Assembly (NCBI GenBank): GCA_043228905.1
Contig: JBHGNT010000005.1
Coordinates: 15,438,001 to 15,502,000 of the forward strand
Reading direction: 5' to 3'
Source of the DNA: Azolla caroliniana
Lineage: Eukaryota; Plantae; Polypodiophyta
Length of the DNA: 64,000 bases
Made by a program: the position numbers and the translations under genes. Shown here piece after piece: positions 46,491-59,600 of the stretch; positions within the stretch are counted from its first letter, which is position 1, and every line of letters starts with the position of its first letter. The notes beneath the pieces are model-generated. The model did no database searches. It worked only from the letters and a program-made list of their open reading frames with translations, and was not told the origin of the DNA.

Positions 46491-48000
46491 GAGGATTGAA
46501 TTGGTGGTGTGTTCGTGCTCTGAAGGTGCAATGTCAATATCAGAGTTTTTGTGTTCCTACGGGAGCTTCATCTGCGTTCGTGCTCAAAGTACTCCATCTG
46601 TTTGGATTTCGAACTCAAACTCAGGATTAGCAGGACTTTGCTGACATTTAAGTTGAGTTTAGATGAGGTCACTGTTCCCCAAGTTCCACTACATTGGAAA
46701 CTAAAGTTCAAATTTTTATTATTCCCATTAATTACCTATTCACCAAAATAAATGACATGTATTTAAGTAATGAAGCAAAATAAAATCGTAAATGATCCTT
46801 AAGATTTGGTTATGAGTCATGCTTCCAGTTCATCTTTGTGTTACGTCTAGAGCCACATTTGGGATCTTCTCTTTTAGTATCTTGATTTTGTTTTTTTCGA
46901 CAGAAATCCAATGTAGTGCATCGGATTCTCCTTGAAAGTTTTTTTAAAATTAATTTTGTTTTCACAAAAACCTAAATAACACTTTCAATGAGAATCTGAT
47001 TCTAATTGAAAGTCTTGGATTTTTTGTTTTTTATTTTTCTTGGAAATAAAAGAGTTTTAATTATCAACGAGAAACTGATGCATTGCATCAGATTCTCATT
47101 GAAAGTCAACAAAATTTAACTCATTTCCACTAGTTTTCTATGTAGTTGGACCTCCATTTTGTTTAGTTTTCACCATGTTTTTTGCTAAGGAATACTCAAT
47201 GTTTTATGGATTTCAATTAGCCTAATGAAAAAACACTGATCTTTAAGCTTACGATCCTCACTCCAACGAAGAGAAGTCTCGTTGATCCTTGTTTGAATCA
47301 GTTGGCAATGGAACATTGAAGTCATGTGTAGGCAACACAAAAGGGAAACCGGTTATGGTCTTTGAATTCGTTAGAACATAGACACAAAAATTATAGTAAG
47401 TTAGAATGGAGTCTAGTTTATGTGGAGGTGGATGGAGTATTGCTCCTGATATTTGCAATGGCAGACGGTAAAGGGAAGTTGCGATTAGGTAAAAGTTTCA
47501 ACTATGATAAATTGAGAAACATAGAGTATGAAGATAGTGATTTCCCTAATATCTTCATTGACATTGAGAGCTCAGTGGATATATCTTGTCCATTCTAGTT
47601 TGGGTTTTCTACTTGGAGTAAACTATCATTTCTTCCATGGTTGGAAAGTTATTGTAGTTTGGTTTCTATCCATGCGTAAGATGTCATGTGTCACTAGTTA
47701 CAAGGTTATTCACAATTTCTTAAAATATTCTAGTTTTCTAAAGTTAAGGTGGTTTGCATTGTTATTTAAATTTCTTCTCTCAAAATATTAGTAATACAAG
47801 AATATGACAATTATTCTAGTTACTCCTATAGTATTAGACAACCATTAAAGAATTTTACAATTAACCCATTTCACATGTATCTATTAAGAACCTTTAAAGA
47901 ATATGGGAATTATTAAATCTCTCCACATAACCCGTTCCACATGTAACTATTAAGAGATTTTGAAGAATATGGGAATTATTAATTCTTTCCATCTGACTAC

Positions 48001-48121
48001 TGTAAATAATTAGATATTAAGTATGGGTTAATTAATATCTAATTATGTGCATAGTTAATCACGTATGTGATTAAGCAATGAAAGACTATGTGATATATGA
48101 GTATGTGTGTGTGTTTGTGTT

Positions 48122-48152
<31 letters not shown>

Positions 48153-48355
48153 AAGAAAGAGAAAGTTACACTTATGAACAAATAAGACAAGTGGGGGATG
48201 ATTAACACAAGTGTAGGTTAAAGAACTCTTACTTATATTAAAAAGCATCAAGCTACAAAAATACCCACAATGAGGTATATATACATCTCATGTGTAAGGT
48301 TGCACATGTGTGAGGAGAATATAGGTACAAGGATGTAAATCCTATATTAAATGAA
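48001..48355 (-). mobile_element. Truncated LTR related to the element D LTR
   Basis: Reverse complement matches the 3' portion of 19149-19582 (ttaacccgta..taattattaaca end, CA microsatellite). Confidence 0.75.
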
Positions 48356-49129
48356 TTTGATATTTCAACAACTACAAACTCCACAGATAATTTTTAAATG
48401 CATCCATGTGGATTGCCAATGGTCACCTCTTTCACGATACTGCATCTTGGTCCGAAACAAAGTTACAATAGGCTTATTCTGAAATCAAGTTCTAAACATG
48501 ACATCAACTTCAGAACCACGGTCTACATTTTGAGACAAATCAATAACAAGGTGGATTGCATTTAATACTTAGAGACATATTCTATATAAATAGACATAAA
48601 ATTCGCATTGTAAAATTTGTTAAATGCGGTACTAGTTTTCATATTTTGCAAAATCGGTGTTGACACAGTTAAGCTTGCATGGAATTCCATTCCTTATCTC
48701 AAATTTGGATAAAAAACATGACAAATGAAATATGAAGCTTGATTTTCTTATCATGAAAATAATTAGTTGAAAATTTTGGTATGTTTTAAGAAACCATGTA
48801 CGCATGCATTATACCATCGTGAAATTGTGTTTAAATAAGCCATTTTTTAACATCTCCCCAAGAAGTAAAAAAGAGCACACCACATATTACCTATTTCAAA
48901 TGTCTCGGTGTTACATGTCGAAATGGGAAGCAATATTGATGGAAGAAAATGTAGTTCCGTTGACCTATTTATTTTGGAGGGGGAGTTGTGTCAGGGTAGT
49001 CTAAGTTGCAAAAGTCTGTTGCTTTGTCTACTAGAGAAACAGAATATATTACAAACATTGAAGCTGGCAAAGAGATGCTTTAGATGAAAAGGTTTGTTTC
49101 AAAACTAGGTTTGAGTCAAACTAACTTAT

Positions 49130-49355
49130 GTGATCTTTTACGTTAGTCAAAGTGTAATAGATTTAGCCAAGAACTCGATGTTCATTCTCATTCGAAACAT
49201 ATTGATGTGAGTTATCATTGGATATGATCAGCAATTGAAGACTAACTATTACAACTCAAGAAAACTCACATAGATGACAATGTTATTAACATGTTGACAA
49301 ACTCACTCTCCAAAGAAAAGCTTGAGTTGTGTGCCAAGCTTGCTAGATTGGACAT
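49130..49355 (+). pseudogene. Old copia RNase H C-terminal fragment
   Basis: IDLAKNSMF(H)SHSKHIDVSYHW ... NMLTNSLSKEKLELC. Confidence 0.7.
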
Positions 49356-49451
49356 TGTTAGTATTTTTGGCCACATTGTTTGGGTGTGTGGTAGGGCCCT
49401 AGACGCCCAAATGTTTTTTATTTTTAAATATAGTGTTAAAGGGATCATACA

Positions 49452-50522
49452 TACATGTATTTACACGTCTATACTCACTTCTTGAAAGTGAGATGACGGA
49501 GGAAAACACACATTTTTTTGTTGTAGAGAAAAATAGATTTTGGAGAGTTCATACTCTCCTTATCCTACTCCATCAACACTCTTGTGCACACGATTGAACG
49601 CCAACATTTCAGACATCACCACCTCCATCACCAACCACGTGGTTTTTGGTGGTTGTTTTTTGTGTCTTGTTAGTAGGGTTTAAGTTGTTCTAGAAGAAAT
49701 TTTACAATTCTCTTTACTTAGTACTTTAACATGTTTAAAGTAGAACCCTGGTGTACAAGTTTATATGTTGATATTTACATGTATTTAGACGTCTATACTC
49801 ACTTTTTGAAAGTGAGATGACGGAGGGAAACTAACCTTTTCTTTGTTGTAGAAAAAAAAAATAGATTTTGGAGAGTTGATACTCTCCTTAGCCTACTCCA
49901 TCTGCCCTTGTGTACACGATTGAACGTTGACATTTCGAACATCACCGCCTCCATCACCAGCCACGTGTTGTGAGTTTTTGGTGGTTGTTTTTTATGTCTT
50001 GTTAGTAGGTGTTGAGAATCAAGCTCAACATAGCACAATGTGTGAACACACCTTTTGAGAATCTATAATTACTCAAAGGTCAAGAGTCACACCACTACTC
50101 TCTACACATTAACTATGTGTCATAGAATCATATTCTATGACACATAACTAATGAGTTACATATTCCCCATGACTATGAGTCTTCACATTCCCCAAGAGAG
50201 AGAGTGGTTGTTGTAAGTTAATGAAGAGAGACGGTGACTCTATGTAAAGCACCTTCCTCATACTTCATACTAAGTCGGTTGTGACTCTTTGTAATGCTAC
50301 ATTTTCATTTATCATATTCTCCTTGTTAATATACATCTCCTTCTTCTTGAGTACTTCATTTTGTCTCTTATCCATCTTATGTTTCTCTCCTCTCCTCTTT
50401 CCTCTCACACATACACATAACACACATCTCTTCCGCTACACAAGAATCACCATCGATTCTTTACAGTAGGGTTTAAGTTGTTCTAGAAGAAATTTTACAA
50501 TTCTCTTTACGTAGTACTTTAA
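49452..50522. repeat. Two tandem ~324-bp units, the second interrupted by the J LTR
   Basis: 'tacatgtattt..cgtctatactcact..gaaagtgagatgacggagg' at 49452 and 49776. The second unit resumes 'gtttaagttgttctag' after 50470. Confidence 0.8.
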
Positions 50523-50757
50523 TGTTGTCGAGAAAATCCTCGTGGTTGCGTAGAAGTCGGGCAGGACCACGTGGGTCTTGAACCAAGGAATCAAGAAGTG
50601 AGGAGGAAGAGTCTGTGATTTATGTAAGCCCTGAGACCGCGGTTAAACAGAGAAGGTTAGCAAAACGAGAGAGAGAGTGTGTAAGAGGATCGTGTGTAGG
50701 CGCAGATAGAGATGTTGAGAACAATTTGTGTTAGGTAGATAAGTTTCTATTAATCAT

Positions 50758-53255
50758 AATAGATGTCAACGACACATGGGACCTCGTTGACCCTCCCTAA
50801 CACTGTAAACCGATCGGTTGCAAATGGGTGTACAAGGTAAAGTACAATGTCGACGGTTCGGTTCACCGGTACAAGGCCCGGTTTGTGGCAAAGGGATACG
50901 CACAAACCTAGGGAATTGATTACGATGAGACCTTTGCCCCGGTAGCGAAGATGACGACGGTTCGTGTGGTACTAGCGGTTTCTACGGCAAGGGGGTGGCA
51001 TCTTCACCATATCGACGTGAAGAATGTGTTTCTTCAAGGTGACTTGAAGAACGGATCTATATGATCCAACCTCCCGGTTTTCAGTCAGAGATGAACAAGT
51101 CGGCGGTGTGCCAACTCAAGAAGTCGCTTTACGATCTTAAACAAGCCCCCCGAACTTGCAATGCGAAGATCACGCACCGGTTGCATAAGATGGGGTTTGT
51201 GACCTCTAAATCTGACTCGCCGACCTGTCTCCACACCCCTGGACCAGAACCAGAAGCTTTGTCCCAACTCCAGACTGGCCTGCGATGAGAAACGGTTCCG
51301 ACAAATCGTCGGAAGCCTGATATACTTCACAATCACTCAACCGGACCTTAGTTACCCGGTCGGAGTGATCAACTAGTTCATGCGGAAGCTGACCGTCGAG
51401 CACCTTCATTGCACACCGGATACTCCGGTATGTGAGCGGCACGAAGAATCAGGGACTGTTATACCGACATGGTATAACTGAAGAACTAGTCGGATATACA
51501 GATGCCGACTGGGCTGGTGATGCATCGGATCACCGATCCACCTCCGGTTACATGTTTTCTCTGGGTAGCGCAGTTGTTGCGTGGAGTAGCAAAAAGCAGC
51601 CAACAGTGGCTATGTCGAGCATTGAGGCTGAATACCGAGGCGCTACCAATGCCACCTGTGAAGCCATCTGGTTTCGGCGACTACTGCAAGATCTGCGGAC
51701 TGAGGTCCCGACCCCGATCCTAATCTATTGTGACAACATGAGCAACATTCAGCTCGCCAAGAACCTCGTGTTCCATGCTCGGATCAAGCACATAGAAGTC
51801 CACTATCACTTTGTGCATGAGCGGGTCTTTAGCGGTGAAGTCGAACTTCGGTATGTTCAGACTGATCGACAAATTGCCAATATCTTCTCCAAACCGCTTG
51901 AATCGGAAAACTTGCAACACTTGAGACGGAGAAAAGGAAAAGGAATGGATGGCACCGGACAAGGAGCCGTAGAGGAAGAAAGAACCAACTGGGGAGACAA
52001 GAGGAAAAAGGAAGTCAAGCCGACCGGAGGAGTCAACACATCCAAAAAGGTCGGAACAAGCGGTGGTGGCGGTAGAGTCGAGAAGGACAAAGCCAACCGG
52101 GAAAAAACGACGAAGACCCGGATGTGGTCCGGTGTGGTGAAGGGCCTGAAATCGAAAGATGAGTTGGAGAACATCGACTCGGACAAGAACTGGAGCGAAT
52201 CGAAGGAAACCGATTCGGTTCAAGATTCGGAGAAGCTGGATCAAGTAAAGGCCAAGTGGACACGAACGCAGCGGAAGTCGATACCAACATGAAGGAACCG
52301 ACGGGTTGACAAGCGTTGGAATCACAACAGCGAGGGAGCTGAAATGGGCCTATTGAGCAAACAAGCCGATCGAGGAGGTCGAGGTGCACAGAACCAGAAG
52401 GGTCGCGGCAAACAAGATCAGACCGGACGAGGAACGCGAGCGAGGTAGAGCAACGCCAGAATGAGCCGGGTAGAAGAACCGGCTGCCACGGACACTAACA
52501 CTACAATCCGACCTGCTTGAGGGGGAATGTTGACCAAGCAAGCTCAACCGGATCCGGATCGGTTGAATAAGCCTGAGCCGGATCGGCACCCGGAAGGATG
52601 AGCCAGATGGTATCCGAAAACAACCGGCCGGATCAGGGAGCCGGATCGGAGAGCCAGATTCGAGCGGGAACCGGAAGCATAGTAGTAGCCTAGACTACTA
52701 CGTAATCATTGTCTCTAGTTAGTGTCAATCGCACTGGATCGGTATCCGGATGGTATCTGGAAACAACTGGCCGGATCGGGGAGCCGGATCGGGGAGCCAG
52801 ATTGGAGAGCCGGATTCGAGCGGGAACCAAAAGCCTAGTAGTAGCCCAGAGTACTAGGTAATCATTGTCTCGTAGTTAGTGTCAGTCGCACCAGATTGGT
52901 ATCCGGATGGTATCCGAAAACAACCGGCCGGATCGGGGAGCCAGATTCGAGCGAGAACCGGAAGCCTAGTAGTAGCCTAGACTACTAGGTAATCATTGTC
53001 TCGTAGTTAGTGTCAATCGCACTTGTGAACATTGAAGTACCTATCAGTACTTCTGTCAATCCTTTATGGACTTGTATAAATAGTGTTGTTTAGTACGTTG
53101 TGTCTAAAGAGTTTTAGAGTTAATTTTTTGAATATAGTTTTATGTTCTACTCTCTCTGTCTACTCTGTGTTTGAAGCTTTTTCATTAAACCTTCATCTCA
53201 TTTTCTATTGCTATCCGGCTGAGCCAGTTCTGTCTGACGCTTCTGCACATTAACA
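50758..53255 (+). mobile_element. Element M: 3' half of a copia (RT-RNase H plus 3' LTR 52528-53255)
   Basis: [34 protein letters not shown] and KHIEVHYHFV. PPT GAGGGGGAA before TGTTG at 52528. The LTR has ~130-bp tandem repeats (52590-53020) and ends TTAACA. Confidence 0.8.
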
Positions 53256-55853
53256 TTCACAATTACGCCACCAACTTCGAGTACGATGATTACGGTGGAC
53301 TATTCGTGATGAGACATAGAGCAAACTCTATGCCAGCTTCTACATCAACTAATGCCTCCGGTCCAGAAGACGTATGGTTCGTCGACTCCGGTGCTTCGAA
53401 CCATATGACGTCCCATCAAGAGTGGTTCCGAGACTTGCGGGAGCCAGATCGACCCGGTTATGTCGAGACCGGAGACGATACCACTCATCTGATTCAGCAT
53501 GTCGAGAATGTGTCATTCGAGAAAGATGGCGAACAAACTTGCATCAAAAATGTATTACATGTACCCACCATAACAAAGAATTTAGTCTTGGTTGGCCAAA
53601 TTGTGGAGCAAGGGATGCAAGTTCGATTCAATCAAGGTGGTTGCTTCATCGAAAAAGAGGGCCGACTCATCGATTGCGAATGAAGAGAGGGCCGAATGTT
53701 CATTCTCAACTCACACGAGATGAAATTGGAGATGTTCGCAAAAGGCATGAAAGCCGATTCCAACATAGAGATATGGCACAATCAGATTGGCCATATCAAC
53801 CTCCAAAAGCTCAAGGCAATGCAATCGAAAGGAGTCATGATCAGGCTCCTGACATTCACGGAGTAAGAGATTGAAGGTGTGTGTGCCGCTTGCCAATTCG
53901 GCAAGCAACATCGGCACCCATTTCCGAAGGAGTGGAACGTGAGCAAAGGCGTACTCGACGTAATTAATTCCGATGTATGGGGTTCGGCTCAGAAGGCGAC
54001 ATTCGGCGGATGCCAATACTATGTGACCTTCATCGACGACTTCTCTAGGCACACTTGGATCTACCCGATGCGGCAAAAGAGCGAAGTGTTCGGACACTTC
54101 AAAAAAGTCAAGAATGAAGTGAAGAAAGCCACGGGCCGACATGTACGATGTCTTTGGTCGGATGGAGGCAAGGAATATTTCTCGGATGAGTTTATGGCGT
54201 ATCTATGGAAAGAAGGAATTTGGCGAGAGTTTTCGTGTTTACATACGCTACAACAAAACAGAGTGGCCGAACGAAAGAATCAACACATCCTCGAAGTAGC
54301 ACGGGCCATGATGAACGAAAAGCATGTGCCGAAGTCATACTGGGCAGAAGCGGCTAACACGGCTGTATACCTCATGAATCGGTGTACGACATCGGGTGTG
54401 CACGAACTTACTCTGCACGGAAAGTTTTTCGGAAAGAAGCCGGATCTATCACACGTCTGGATATTCGGCTCCATTGCGTATGTGCACATCCCCGACGAAA
54501 AGTGACAAAAGCTCGACCCGAAGTCGAAGAAATGTATCCTCATTGGATACTCACTCGAGCAAAATGGGTACAAGTGCTACAACCCCTCGACTTGAAAAGT
54601 TCGTGTAAGTCGAGACGTCGTTTTTGATGAGTCTGCATCTTGGTACGTACCAGAGACAACTTCGACTCCAATTCTGCTTGACCCAGAATCTGCCGAACAA
54701 GAGATAGAGGACGAAGATCGCCTTACCCACATGTTCGAAGAAAGTCCGATCACGACCCGACTGAGTGGACCACAAGAGCCTCCGATCGATCAAAGCACAT
54801 CTTGACCGAATCTGAAGCTAGACAAAGGGAAGGCCAAAATTCCGAAGTATGAAGACGATCACTTCGACGGCAACGAATCGACTCACTCCCTTGATAGTGA
54901 GTTCGAAGGCCTTGAGATCCGGACAAATGGAGCGGAGAAAGCCATAGTATCCGCAAACGAGAAGCTCCACCGATCCACCCGTGAAAAGAACCCCGTAAGC
55001 CGATTTGGCTACAACGATTATATGGCGTACCATTACACTTTTATGATGAAGGTAGCAATAGTATGGGAGCTAGAAACCTTTTCCGAAGCCGTGAAGGACC
55101 CGCGATGGATCGAAGCAATGAATGAGGAGACGCGTGCATTATGCAAGAACCAGACATGGGATCTCATTCCCCACTCATCGCACTAGAAGGCAATTGGCTG
55201 CAGATGGATCTACAAGGTGAAGTATAATGTTGACGGCTTCGTAAACCATTACAAAGCTCAACTCATAGCAAAAGGATACGCTCAGATGCATGGAGTCGAC
55301 TATGAAGAGACATTTGCCCCCATGGCAAAGATGACGACGGTGCAAACCGTAATTGCACTCGCAGCGGCGAAAGGGTGGCACCTCCACCAAAAGGACGTCA
55401 AGAATGCTTTCCTCCAAGGCGAATTAGAAGAGGAGGTGTACATGGTACAACCTCCTGGCTTCGAATCACGCATTCATCCAAAAGCCATGTGCCGACTCAA
55501 GAAGCCATTCTACAGCCTCAACCAAGCACTGCGTGCTTGGCATTCGAAGATTACGCAATATCTTCATCAAATCAGATTTCGAATGTCCAAATCCGACAAC
55601 TCACTCCACATACGCCACAACTCTAGAAGCCTAATTGTCATCATCCTCTATGTGGATGATCTGGTTATTGGAGGTGAGCATTTAGTCGACATCAACAATG
55701 TGAAGTCCCTCCTCTCCAACAAATTCGAGATGACGGACATGAAGGAGCTCCATTATATCCTTGGCATCGAAGTAATTCGGATTCCGGCCGGCATTATGAT
55801 CACTCAACGGCACTACATTCTCAACTTGTTATACAAGTTCCGGATGACTGAGT
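53256..55853 (+). pseudogene. PR-INT-RT remnant of J (continues at 62507-63260 with RNase H)
   Basis: WFVDSGASNHMT, SDVWG, SDGGKEYFS and ILYVDDLVI. The frame 'RMTE|CKSVATP' is restored across the K TSD. Confidence 0.88.
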
Positions 55854-55925
55854 TGTTGGGAGACAGGTCCCTCCGGATGGGAAGGGAGAAGAACAGTGCC
55901 CATGAACAAACTCGGCCGAGGCAGA

Positions 55926-56150
55926 CCGGATGAGGAGTACCCGGTTACGGAGAGCCGGATGATGCAGACCCGGTGAAGACCGGATGAGGAGTACCCGGCT
56001 ACGGAGAGCCGGATGATGCAGACCCGGTGAAGACCGGATGAGGAGTATCCGGCTACGGAGAGCCGGATGGTGCAGACCCGGTGTGAACCGGATGAGGAGT
56101 ACCCGGCTACGGAGAGCCGGATGACGCAGACCCGATGGGAACCGGACGAA
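55926..56150 (+). repeat. 54-bp U3 tandem repeat in the K LTR (4 units; 3 units in the 61805-62501 copy)
   Basis: ccggatgaggagtacccggctacggagagccggatgatgcagacccggtgaaga units. Confidence 0.88.
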
Positions 56151-56633
56151 GAGACATATTTGTAAATATGTTTCTGAGAGCCCATTGTGGCTATATTTGT
56201 AAATAGCTGAAAAGTCATATTAGTATAAATATGACTTAGGGCAAATATGTGTATAGAGTTGTTGTCATTTTCTTGTTAGTGCAAGAAGAAGAGAGAGTAC
56301 GTAACGTTGTACAGAGAGAGAGAGAGAGAGGTCGCTGCCTCTGTTGTAACCGCCGCCTGTGGCGAAGATCGTGAGTCCGAGGTTGTTGCCTCCGTGAACT
56401 CACTGTTTTGTACATTCTTACATAGTGACAGTTTGCAGCCTGTGGGCTGCCGTGGTTTTTCCTCTAGTTTGGGGTTTTCCACGTAAACCTCCTGTGTAAT
56501 TTTTCCTCTTCTTTGTGTCGCGTCTTATTTCCCGTTTTCTGTGTATCATTCTAAGCTTGGTTGTGGCCGAGCGTTGCGCATAAGGAACGACCAGTTCTCG
56601 ACAAGTGGTATCAGAGCGAAACAATACAGAAAT

Positions 56634-59600
56634 ATGGACGAATCGTTTGGTGGCATGTTCAAGCTCACCGGCTCCAACTATTCGGTATGGAAGTCGAAGA
56701 TGAGGGACATGCTCGTGGTTAAAGATCTCTGGTTGCCGGTTCAGTTCGGGGACAAGAGACCGGACAAAATCAACGCCGCGATATGGGAGGTGATGCACAT
56801 GAAGACAACGGCGTACATACGGTCCTTCATCGACATGAGCCTGTACAACAATTTCAATGAAGAGAGCAAGGCTTATGAGCTCTGGGAGAAGATCGGCATA
56901 ATGTTTCAGAACAAAAATGCTGTTAACCAGGTGTCGGTATTCCGGAAGCTAGTAAGACTCCGGTACCAAGATGGCTCCAGCATGGCGGAGCACATGAATG
57001 CCTTCCAGGGGCTGATCCACCAGGCAACTTCATTGGAAGTACCTCTCGCCGATGAGGTACTTGCGCTACTCCTGCTCAGTTCCCTCCCGGACAGCTGGGA
57101 GACGTTGGTTGTCACTTTGGGCAACGCCGGGCTGGAAGGAAAGCGGTTATCCCTAGCAAGAGTAAAGTCGAGCTTGCTAGATGAGGAGGCGCATTGGAAA
57201 GATAAAGATACGAGCTCCGACTCCAAAGCACTCTTTACCGAATCGGAACGCGGAAGACAAAGAAACCGTAGTCCTCAGAACCGGGAGAAGTCAGGGACAC
57301 GGTCAAAGTCAAGGGGGAGGCCTACTTGCTTCTATTGCGGCAAGCTGGGACACTTCCAAAAGAACTGTCGGCATTTCCGAAAAGATAAGGAGACCGACGG
57401 TACCGATTTGAAGCGGACCCCGGACCGGAACGGTAAAGATCGGAGGGGGCCGGACCGGAAGGGGACGACGGCAATCACGGCAAGTGAAGAAGAGTTGATG
57501 CTCATCACCAAGGAGTGTGAGATAAACCTTGCCGGCGACGAGATGACCTGGGTGGTAGACTCCGGAGCGTCGTTCCACCTTACCCTGGACCGGAAATGCT
57601 TCTCATCCTACTCAGCTGGTGATCACGGCTGTGTCCGGATGGGGAATGAAGGGACATGCCGAATTGTCGGCATAGGAGATGTGTGGCTGTCGACACCAAC
57701 CGGATGCAAGTTGCTGCTGAAAGATGTCCGACACGTTCTAGAGGTTCGTCTTGTTGGGATTTCGGTCCCTCCGGATGGGATGTCCGGAGATGAATGACGG
57801 CAAGCCCGGTTTCGGTTACGGAACCGGATGATGAAGAGTACCCGGCATGAAGCCGGATGAAGAGTACCCGGATACGGATCCGGATGATGAAGACCCCGGT
57901 TACGGAGCCGGATGACGAATGTACCCGGAGAGAGATCCGGATGCGGGGACATATTTGTGAATATGTTTGCCAAGGGCCCTTGAGGCTATATTTGTAAATA
58001 GCCCGAAAGTCATATGTGTATAAGTATGACTTAGGGCAAACAGTTTTAGGTTGTTGCTCACTTTTTTCTGTTTTCACTTAGAGAGGGAGTGAAGAGAGCA
58101 GCCGAGAGAGAGAGAGAGAGAGAGAGACGACGAGGTCGTTGCCTCTGTGTATTACCGCCGCCTGTGGCGAAGACAGTGAGCTCAAGGTTGTTGCCTTGTA
58201 GCTTCACCATTGGACACCTCTGTTTATAGTGATAGTTGGAGTTCGAGGACTCCCGTGGTTTTTCCCATTTAGGGTTTTCCACGTAAAACATCCAGTGTAC
58301 TCTTCTCTCTATTGTACTCGTGCATTTTGTATTTCCTGTTTTTCTGTGAGTTGATCCTATTCCTCGGTTGTGGCCGAGCACCGATTTACAACACGTCTGA
58401 ACCTGATATCAGCCAGTCGGCTAGATGATGAGGGCTACACGGGTAGCATCCGGAACGGCGTCATGAAGTTCAGCAAAGGGAGCCTGATTGTGGCTCGGGC
58501 CCGGAAGGTAAACACATTGTACCTGATGAATGCCCGGTTATGTCCGGAAGAAGTGAACGTGGCTTCCGACACTGCCGGTGAGCTGTGGCACAAGAGGCTG
58601 TGTCATATGAGCGAGAAGGGGATGAAGAGGCTTGCAGACGACAACCTCATTCCAGTGAAGAACGTGCACTTAGAGAAGTGCACTGATTGTTTGGCCGGTA
58701 AGCAGAACCGGACCTCCTTCCGACCAAGGCCACCGATGAGACGTAATGCACCACTGGAGTTGGTGCATACGGATGTGTGTCAGGTAGACACAAAGTCACA
58801 TGCCGGAGCGCAGTACTTCGTGACGTTCATAGATGACCACAGCCGGAAGCTGTGGGCCACACCGTTGAAGACGAAGGATCAGGTGTTATCCGTCTTCAAA
58901 GAGCTCTACGCGAGAGTGGAAAGAGAAACCGGTCGGAAGCTGAAGGCAGTTCGAGCAGATAACGGAGGAGAATACCGGGGGCAGTTCGAGGAGTACTGCC
59001 GCTCGAAGGGAATCCAGCTCGAATTTACCGTGCCGAAGACGCCGGAACTAAACGGACTGGCCGAGAGGATGAACCGGACCATAATGGAGAGGGTCCGGAG
59101 TGTGCTAGCGCATGCAAAACTACCCAAGAAGTTTTGGGCTGAGGCACTGTTGACGGTGACATACGTGATAAACAGATCACCCTCAGTACCCTTGGACGGA
59201 GACACGCCACAAAGAGTGTGAACCGGTAAGGAAGTATCCTACCGGCATCTGAAGGTGTTCGGGTGTCTCGCGTACGTGCATGTAGCTAAGGACCGGAGAG
59301 GAAAGTTAGATCCAAAGACCCAGCCATGCATATTCCTCGGTTACGGTGACGATGAGTTCGGCTACCGAGTGTGGGACCCGGTCGACAAGAAGGTATTTCG
59401 GAGTCGAGATATTATCTTCATGGAGGATAAGACGCTTGCCGACTGGGAGTAGGAGAAGAAGATAATGAACTCTGAGTCGACCGGTAAGGATCGACTCTAC
59501 GATGAGCAGACCCAACCAGCGAGAGACCGGTTACCACTCGAGGAACCAGCCGGTTATGGTGAGGATACCGAACTGACAGAAGAAGAGGTAGAGGAAGCTG

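Noticed and set aside
47260-49130. Host gene fragments
   Set aside because: Short ORFs with no recognisable motif; the region contains only an LTR fragment and a ~66-bp tandem duplication (~47860-47993).
50523-50757. Separate solo LTR starting TGTTGTCG
   Set aside because: It has a TG start, but no matching CA end or TSD before it runs into M coding sequence; the copy at 63907 is cut by the window end.
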